Below are positions 55,157 through 64,000 of a stretch of 64,000 nucleotides of DNA, in pieces. A program made the position numbers and the translations under genes. Below the pieces are notes generated by a model. The model was not told where the DNA came from. It saw nothing but the letters and a program-made list of their open reading frames with translations, and made no database searches. The stretch is from Octopus vulgaris (Eukaryota). The stretch lies in assembly GCA_951406725.2 (NCBI GenBank), contig OX597825.1, positions 42,780,001 to 42,844,000 on the forward strand, written 5' to 3'. Position 1 is the stretch's first letter, and each line of letters begins with the position of its first letter.

Positions 55157-56666
55157 TGTGCCAAAATTTGAAACCAGTATTAACTGTGTGACTGTTATGT
55201 CTTCTCCCAGACTATAATTAACCAAACTGGAGCATCTGATCTTTCTCATGTGGTGGAAGGAAAAGATTCTTCTGAGCCTGTCCGTCTATTGCCGACACAA
55301 ACTGTATGATGAGTATGTGATATCGTGACTACTGATGTACATATATGAGCTGAGGATAATGTAATGACCTTATGTTAGGTGTATTTTTCTACAGGTTACC
55401 TATTTGATGAGCCTCATTACCGAGTTTAGCATCAAATAGGACTGGGTGTGTAACATTTGTTGTCAGGATCCTTTGATCTTCTTCATGTGATAGAAATTTA
55501 TGAAAACTTAATGACGGCTATTTGCAATAATGTTCTTGAGCTACAATCTAGTTATCGATGCGTGACCTATACTTGAGGACTTTCATTTCAATTTCGTACA
55601 GAATTTATAAAGGCATAGGCAGTCTGAACAACAGAGAAGCATTGCTTGTTCGGAATAAATTCGCTAAGCACACTAAGGTATTAAGTTGGATCTTTCAGAG
55701 ATACCTGGAATACGCCGAAACTCATCACTACATCGGAACAATGATTGAATCAATGAGTGATTTGTAGTGTTATATCAAATAGTTCGCATAGCGCCTGCTC
55801 TTTTGTTTCGTATTCCTTGAGTGGTATATATAGCTGAGCAAAACAAATGAGCCAAGCATATTATAGGCGTTCTAGCGTGTTTAAATAGACTATGTTCTCA
55901 ACGCTGTAATGTGTCTAACATACTCGTAATAACTATTTTTAGGATAAAATCCTCTTTTACAAATTCTATACAGTTTTATGAAGGAAAATGAAATTGAAAC
56001 CCTTTTTAGACAACTGAGATGTAGTATAATATAGAATGGTTTTATAAAATTCTCTGGCGAGATGACCCACATATTGATCTTTATAATGTCTTTGCAGAGA
56101 AGGTGAGAGATCTACCTTGAATGTATTATGTCAATTGTGAAACATGGAAAACGGTGGAAACATGGTATGAGATGCTTGATTTATTTGCAGCTGAAGCTGA
56201 ATTCATAGGACGTGAACAGCAATTTATTATCTTTGGAACGAGGTTACGAGAGTGTAACGAATATAGTAATCAGTGTGAACTTCAAATTTGAGGACGACTT
56301 GTTAATGGAGCAGATTTAAAAAAAATATAGTTTTCGAATATTGAAATGACAGAATACCAATAAAGTTATCCTCAGCATGCAACGAGCACTTAAAAGAAGC
56401 TGAAATGGAGCTCTTTAGAAATATCTTACTCTGCGTAGTAGTGTCTTTAGGTACAGAAGAGAAGTGGAGTTTGCGCAAAGTGGAGTGGTGTATCTCATAC
56501 ATATGCAAGGTGGTAACGACAAGCATTTTCTATACCATAAAATTTATTTGTATAGTGTTCTAATTATTTTGGTTTTCCTGCAATTTTATACATCGTGTAT
56601 CTTTATCATATTTACTGTAAATATATTCGTTCTATAATGTTATCACCCAAGACCTTCACTGTTATA

Positions 56667-58158
56667 CACAGTACTGCAAAAGAAACGCGATTTTTTCAAA
56701 TGTCATTTTTATATGGTAAATTCTGAAAATTTATTTCGGAGATGTAAATGTAAATATTCCAAGACATGCTGGTTTATAGCTGAGACCCAAATTGCGGGTA
56801 ATCTTTCAGTTTTCCCTTTTTCCCTGAAACAAGACGCCAAAAAGCAGTTGCGTTGAATACCGTGGGTGGCAGTCGCAAACGTCAGGAAAACTTAACTGTA
56901 CGTGAATCGCGTTGAGGTTATGGGTATAAAAACAAACTTGAACCGCGTTCCTGGCATTCATAATTTGGACTCATCAGGTATGACCTGATTGTCAGCAGTA
57001 CAGAGAGAACAAGCAGTGTGCCTTCATTGTTGCGAAAATTTACAATGTCCATATCACCACCATCTTTCGCCTGCAACAGTGATACAACAACACCAACAGC
57101 ATTGCAGACCGTGCCCGCAGGACCACTTCATCCACTTCATCCACCTGCAACACCTCCGCAATCTTTTCAGGCAACCGGCCAACGCAACAGCTCGCAAGAC
57201 TATTGGTACTGGACAGCGACCCATCAGCGACGCACGGTACGACGTCGACTGGCCGCCAACAGCCTGCGTTGCCGTTGTCCTGCTCAAGGGCCTGTCCTCA
57301 CCACCTGCCACCGTCAGGCACGACTACAGTGGGATACACAGCATCGACATTAGTGGCTCAACAATGAAGGTCAATAGTCTTCCCTGACGAGAGCCAGTAT
57401 TGCGTTTCCACCCTGGAGGGCAGAGTGAGGGTGTAGCGTAGGAGGGGTGAAGGAGGGGTGAACGTTACAGAGACGCATGCGTCATGGAGAGAGATGCGTG
57501 CAGTGGCCAAAGCATTATGGTTTGAGGTGCTATAGGCCTGAATGAGAGAATTGGGTTTGAGCTCCAAAATGTTGGTGCAGGAAGAGGGAATGGCATCACA
57601 GCGCAGCAATACGTTGACCAGATCATAAGACCTCACATCATGCCCTTCTCCGTGCATCACCATAGCCAAGTGTTCCAGCAGGACAATAATGCTCCCTCCC
57701 ACACAGCCAGGGCCATCACGGACTTCCTGCGTCTGCACAACATCAGAACCATGTCATGGCCGGCTCTCAGCCCGGATTTGTACTCATTTGAACACTTATG
57801 GCATTAAACCCAGAGATCGCTAAACCAGGTGGTCCCAAGGTCTACAATTCGTGTGGAATTGGAGGCAGCTTTCCTCAGGTGCCAATGTCTTTTGTGAACC
57901 GCCTCATGCACTCCATGTACCGACAGTGTATGGCTGTTTTGAACACCCAGGGAGGGCATACATGGTATTGAACATGCCACGCCCTACAATCTCGATGTGC
58001 TGGATCCACTTACTACGAGAACACATTACAATGACCCCTAGACTGTGGTCAAAGTGCACCCAAGAAATTGACATTATCAGAAAATTTATCTCCGACATAA
58101 TGGAATTAAAACATATTTCAAAGTCACACACGTTTCGCGTTTCTTTTGTGGTTCGGTG
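56667..58158 (+). mobile_element. Full-length decayed Tc1-like (DD34E-type) transposon
   Basis: TIRs cacagtactgcaaaagaaacgcga / tcgcgtttcttttgtggttcggtg with TA on both sides. Transposase remnants RRTVRRRL, HRQARLQW, VFPDES, FQQDNNAPSHTA and WPALSPDLYSFEHLW. Several stops and frameshifts. Confidence 0.92.
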
Positions 58159-58279
58159 TATATCGTATTTTATTCAAATCTTCACATTTTATAACCCTCA
58201 GGGTTTTAAGGTTTGTTGTATGTGCAAATGCCTTTGGCTAATAACTTTTATCATTATTAGTTTTTTCTTTCTAATCTTG

Positions 58280-58620
58280 GCATAACACCAGCAGTCTTCA
58301 AGTTATGCAGAATTGGACTTTTTTATAGGTTGATTATAAGAGTCTCATTCCCATATCTTTCAGCCTCCTACGTGTCAGTTTGAATGTTTTGGCAAATTCA
58401 CCAATCATCACGGGAATGATTGTCGTCGTATTCTTCCTCAATCTCTTTCGTATCTCCAGCCTGGTTCTCAATTTTCAGGTTCGAATCCGTTTTCAGAGAT
58501 CGGATTGCGGTTATACTCAGCAGTACCTGCTCAGTGGTCAAAGTAAACAACCACGTATAGGAACCGTTTCACAGTGAATGCTCGGTCATCAACGCTTCCC
58601 GCTTTCATCTCTTCCGTACG
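58280..58620 (-). mobile_element. Possible highly decayed RLE-type (R4/NeSL-like) LINE C-terminus
   Basis: Minus-strand TTIIPVMIGEFAKTFKLTRRRLKDMG resembles the post-PD-(D/E)xK strand (TIPIIVGALG). Weak. Confidence 0.35.
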
Positions 58621-59139
58621 GGCTGGTTTTCGAGCCGATCCAGTGGAATTTCCGGTCAGAGGCGACCATAGATTATTTTCTGAATTCTTTAGTCTGAGAA
58701 TTGTACCGAGGGGCGCTATCAGTTCGCAATAAACTTTACAGGCATGGATGTACAGTCAGAGGGGCTTGTTCGAGGTGCGCGCAGAGCCACGAAACCGTTC
58801 TGCTCGCACTCGTTCAGTGTTCGAGCATTACTGACTTGTATAATTATGCAGAACAGCTGCTGTCACATGTAATATAGATCCGCTTCTCAGCCAAATTCAT
58901 AGTAATGCTTTTCCCACCGCCCTCCTATAACTTGACAGGTAAGGCTTTTTTATCTTTGTCTAGTGGCTATCGCAAAATATGTTCTGAGTGGACAAGGCTG
59001 AGAGGCTCTTTGGTAGAACACTAATCGACATTTTCAAATTTCGAATTTATTGAAAGGTAGGTGAACGTGGCAAAAGTGGCAAGAGTGGATGGCACCGCTC
59101 TAAGTACTGGAGAGGGTACTTGCTCTTGGTATACTTGTG

Positions 59140-59250
59140 TTATATAACTGAACTGTTCTGTGTTGACCTCAAACCCCACCAACGTCAAGTTGGCCTTTCA
59201 TCCATCTGGGTCTAATGAAATAATGTACCAATCGAATACTGGCTTTGCTG
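59140..59250 (+). mobile_element. Degenerate SINE family B core
   Basis: gtcaagttggcctttcatccatctggg...tgtaccaatcgaatactgg. Confidence 0.55.
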
Positions 59251-60824
59251 TAATAATTAATATGCTTTTTCTGTATTCTGCTATCATATACGTTATCCGT
59301 GCTTCAATAGTACGGTGTGTCTCTACGGAGAAATCTCACCCACCATCAATAATGTAGAATTGTTGTTGTATTTGAAAGAATTATCGTTTTGTTGTTTTTG
59401 TTCTTTGTCTCGAACAGACGTGTTTAACGGGGCTACCAAAGAAGATTGAAATTTATCACGATTTACATGAAGCAAATCGTGATAAATTTCATGTTATTGA
59501 AATATTTTGCCAGGAAAATGGTTTGGGATTTTGTTAATATCCTTTTAAATTAAAGCAGACAAAATAAAAATTGACTTAAGGTATTTTTATTTTTCATTTT
59601 CTTGTTTTACATTTTGTCGATATGGCTTCTTCCTATGGCGGATTTCTTGGCGTTACTCACAGACAGCTGGTAGTAACATCGTAAACAAATACACTGCTAA
59701 AATTCCAATTAAACACGCGGAAAATTGTGACATTTATACATGCGCCACACTGCATCACAAAAGAAATCGCTATTATATGCACTTTACAAAGCAAGTCAAC
59801 GAAGAATGTTAAACACGGCTATAGCAATAGCAGTAATTTTACGGCAATTGTTAGACAAACATAACTGATTGATTTATGCCATCTTCTGGAAAAAAAGTAA
59901 TAGCAGATGAACGCTTCAAAGGTAGTGACTACTTATCTTTCGAACATATTAGGAAAGTTGCAAGTCAGAGAATAGTATATCCTTGTCTTGTCAAAACACG
60001 AAGGCTAATCTCTCCACGACATAAATCAATGTCTGGCATGGATCCGTTTCCATCGATTGGGATCGGCCATATGGAAGAGTATATCCATACTTCAAGACCA
60101 ATGATGAGGTTATATTTTGCGCCACAGAAAGCTCAAATGCTCGTGCTGTAATAAGCGGCGCAATGGGAGAGTCTCTGCTAGGAACACTGGTTTGTATGTT
60201 AACCCTTGGCTCACCGTAACCTTTACGTAGTGGTACAGGAAGATTGTAGAAGCCGAGTTTACAAAAAGAAAAAGTTTTTTAAATATAAGTCTGGTCATAC
60301 AAATTTTGTTGAGCTCCGAAGATCACGTACACATCCCGGATCCTGAGTGCAAAAAGAAGACCGGTAAGACTGGTGGTACAGCGTAGAAAATCTAGCTATT
60401 ATACATGTGGCAATAATAGCCACAATTAAGAATTATACAATAGTAGCAATAACCATGTTTGAAAAGCTGCTGTTTGAATAGAACTGTCGGTCACAGTGCT
60501 GAGGATGCCGAAATAATACCCTTATCCTAAGTTTCGGGATTGTCCAACGTCTAGCAACGATAAGGTGTAAGTGGATGTTGGCCATGGGTAGCAACAAAGA
60601 AGAAAGTGTGGAGGAATAAGAATGAATCTAAACTGAATGTGTCCAGATTATATGGAGAAGACAAGGCAAGTGCATGTTTTACGAATGTGTTTGAGATGTT
60701 TCAGCCAAATAACAAAGCGGAGGATTACACTGGTGACATGAAACACGCCGTGTTGATGGGTTAATATTTTTCTTTGTGTTTTATTCATTTATAACTGCAC
60801 GCGCACGCGCATATTCTATCTTTC

Positions 60825-61025
60825 ATCTTTTACTTATTTCAATGACTAGGGGGCAGCCTTGCAGGTTTATTGGAACAAATCAAACCTACTACTTATTTTA
60901 TTTTTCGAAGCCTGGTAGTTATTCCGTCGGTGACTTTTGCCCAACTGCTAAGTTACAGGACTTTAACAAATCATCATCAGTCCACAAATGGAGGTGACAA
61001 ATAAGCACAAAGACACACACACGGA
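60825..61025 (-). mobile_element. Diverged SINE family A, 3' part
   Basis: cttttacttatttcaatgact...actgctaagttacagga...cacaaagacacacac. Confidence 0.65.
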
Positions 61026-61033
61026 TATATTCA

Positions 61034-61772
61034 CTAGAATTGAAAAATTCGCACTCTCAAAGGGTTACAGAATGTCATAATAAACCTTAAAAAATATGGG
61101 ACTAGCATTGTTGCACAAAACTATTGGAATCACTATTTGTTGTACATTTTGTGGCATCTTAAAACGAAAAGAAACCCACGTGTGAATTACGATATCACGA
61201 TAATTATTAAACCGATTTCTTAATATAAAAATTTGAAAATGTACAAAATATGATCTTTAACTTCATCATAGTACTCTTCATACCAAAGTATACAGAAAAC
61301 ATTTCACACTGTATTCAAATTAGCACGATAATAAAAATAAGACTGGATTTATGATGGAATCAAATCTATATAACAGCGGAAGTACGAAACCGAAGTAATT
61401 ATAGGCAAAGATAATTCGCATTATGATACTATTGTTAAAGGAATAGTTATGCGAATTAAACAAATTATTACTAAATTACTTTTGATTTATTACTTGTAAA
61501 TTTACAAAAAATATCATTCATAGATTGAATTATTTCGAAAAGAGGACATTAGTATTTGCACACAATTATTTCGTTACAACTGAGTATATGATAATTTAGC
61601 TTAATTAATTTCGATGAACTAAACAAATTTCTTGTGATAAAAGGATGCCACAGAATGTACAATATATAATGATTCTAATATTTTTGAGCAGCAATGCTAG
61701 TCACATACTTCTTAAGGTTTACTATGACATTCTGTAACCCTTTTGAGCCTGCGCATTTTTCAATTCTAGTTT
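61034..61772 (-). mobile_element. Non-autonomous long-inverted-repeat element, copy 2
   Basis: Reverse complement of 45275-46050 along its whole length, including both IR arms. Confidence 0.85.
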
Positions 61773-61834
61773 CGTACCCTTTAAGGCAACGTGGGTGTAC
61801 GTGTGTGTGTGTGTGTACGTCTGTGTGTGTGTGT

Positions 61835-64000
61835 GTATGTCAAGATTTTGACATATGTCACAAGTCGTAAGAGGTGGATGGTGTCCAAGATCATTATCAC
61901 TCTGGGCATTACGATTATCCTGCTTTTGACAAGAGGACACAGTCACATAATACATATCCAATGTTCACTGTTGATTACAGTTCCAATTGTTCCTTTGAGA
62001 CAGGCCCATTTAAGTTCAGATTGCTGAATCATCTTTTCCTCTCGGGCATTACAACCAGTCCTAACAGCACCTATCCACTTGTTCCGATCTAGAGCATCAT
62101 TTTCCCAATCACTTTTGTTCATATCTAGTTTCTTCAGGTTTTCCTTCACACAGTCTTTATACCTTTTCCTCGGCTTATGTTGTGGTCGCTTACCAGAGTT
62201 GAGTTCACCATATAAAAGACGCGTTGGCAAACGTTTGTCTTTCATTCTAATAACATGTCCAGTCCATCTCATTTGAGCCAAGATAACATATTGTGCCATG
62301 CGAAAAACCTCTGTATCTGGTATGAAACATTCCGACTTGACTCCTAAAATACGTCTGAGGCACTTTTGATGAAATCTCTCCAGCATTTTTATGTGACGCC
62401 TGTAAGTGGTCCATCTCTCACTTGAATAAAGAAGTGCAAACAATACATACGCTTCATAGACACTGATTTTTGTCTGCAGGGAAATACCTCTTACCGCCCA
62501 TACTCGTTTTTCGAGCTTTCCAAATGCAACACGTCCTTTCCCTATTCGATAGTTTATCTCTGCATCAAGACTACCATCTCTTCACAGTGTTTCTTAAGTA
62601 AACAAAGGTGTCAGCGACTTCTAACCTTGCTTCATTCACAAAAATGTTTGGTTGAGAATATGCTTGACCTGGCACGGGAGTAAACATTACTTTGGCTTTC
62701 CCCAAACTAATTCTGTGTCCGAAATGTACACATGCAGTGGAAAATCTGTCCATTAAATGTTACTTATTCCCCTCTGAGTGTACCAACATATCAGCATCAT
62801 CAGCATAAAGTAATCCTCTAACAAGTATTATGAAAGTCTTTGCTCTGTAGTTAAGCCGTGTCAAATTAAAGATACGCCCAGACGTCCGAAATCTGATTCC
62901 GATTGCCCAGCTGCAATCCTTGAAAGCATACCAAAGTAATGCAGCAAAATATATAGAGAAAAGTGTAGGGGCAGGAATATCTCCCTGTTTGACACCGTTG
63001 TCCACCGAAAATTAATTAAAGACTCCCTGTTTACCGTGCCAAATACCTTAGTTAAATCTTTGAAGACTTGGTATAGTGGCATTTGTTCCTCTAAGCATTT
63101 CTCTTGAACCTGCCTTACACAAAATATGTCCATTGTTCCTCGCTCAGGTCTGAAACCAGACTGTTCTTCAGGATTCACATGTTGACATACATTCTCAATA
63201 AAACAATCTATCATGAACCTTGAAAGCATCTTCTCGGTATATGGCAGAAGAGTTATCCCTTTAGAATTACAACACACTGCTTTCGAGCTTTCCTTGTATA
63301 CATAGATTAAAATGCCATTTATCCATTCTTGTGGCACAGAAGATTCATTCCAAACTCGAGTTATCAGTTTATGAATTTCTGATGAAATATGATCCCCACC
63401 TGCTTTCAGAATTTCATTAATCTCAGTTAACATAATGCCAGATTTACTTCGTCAATGGTAAGTGTACCTTCCACGTGTTGCACTATCTCTCTTTGCGGAA
63501 TGCTGTTTATGATATCCATGTTCACTACAGACGGATTGTGGAAAAAGATCTGCAAAGTGTTCTCTCCATCTTTTCATTATTCCAGGAGGCTCTTTAATAA
63601 CCTCATTTCCATCTTTCTAATTCAAGGGAGCATAATGATGAAGATTGCAGTTAAAAGCTTACCACAATAAACTATAGAAACTTTTAACGTCTTTCCTGTC
63701 ATAGGCTGCCTGTATATCCTCAGACAAATTTCTCCACTAAGTGTCTTTAAGCCTCCTGAGTTCTTTTTGCAAGTCTGCTTTCTGAGACTTGTACAACTTT
63801 TCTTGTTGCACTTTGTTCTTAACTTTTGGGGCAAGAAACTTTTCATGAGTGGACCTCTTTGTTGCTAAAAGCTCATTTATCGCTGTATCATTGGAATCAA
63901 ACAAGTCTCGGTGTTGTCTCCTGTTAAAACCTATCACATCCGATCTCATTTTATTTGTTCCATCACGTTTTGTAACTGTTTTCTCTATTTATGCCCCATA
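61835..64000 (-). mobile_element. RTE-clade (BovB-like) LINE ORF, frameshifted; runs off the window
   Basis: PEEQSGFRPERGTMD, VQEKCLEEQMPLYQVFKDLTKVFGTVNRE, GVKQGDIPAPTLFSIYF, LLYADDA, LERFHQKCLRRIL and QMRWTGHVIRMKDKRLP..LLYGEL. Confidence 0.93.

Noticed and set aside
54740-55800. Coding-like composition around the SINE at 55 kb (also 42290-42930 and 59850-60750)
   Set aside because: Probably ancient retroelement debris, but no motif could be read with confidence.
56989-58285. Several overlapping ORFs in a GC-richer block
   Set aside because: They are frames and antisense of the decayed Tc1 transposase, not host genes.

Overview
AT-rich, microsatellite-dense eukaryotic DNA, most likely from an octopus. 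That assignment is an inference from the SINE families and repeat landscape. No intact host protein-coding gene can be supported. Nearly all ORF-track entries are microsatellite artefacts or fragments of decayed transposons. The window contains decayed Tc1/mariner elements (two mariner, one maT-like, one Tc1), a Penelope-like retroelement (PLE; RT plus C-terminal GIY-YIG), three RTE-like LINE fragments, many tRNA-derived SINEs (some with target-site duplications), non-autonomous Helitron-like elements, two copies of a long-inverted-repeat element and a tRNA-Phe pseudogene. The most striking signal is about a dozen minimal type I hammerhead-ribozyme (HHR)-like motifs in microsatellite-embedded, inverted-repeat PLE pseudo-LTR fragments. 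Three of them (4.8, 31.7 and 52.5 kb) lie upstream of a homologous ORF start. Their catalytic-core 3-8 base pair reads C-G, U-A and G-C respectively, an apparent natural compensatory covariation. A CpG-depleted domain at about 7.3-23.2 kb may mark a methylated gene body. All alignments and folds were done by eye.
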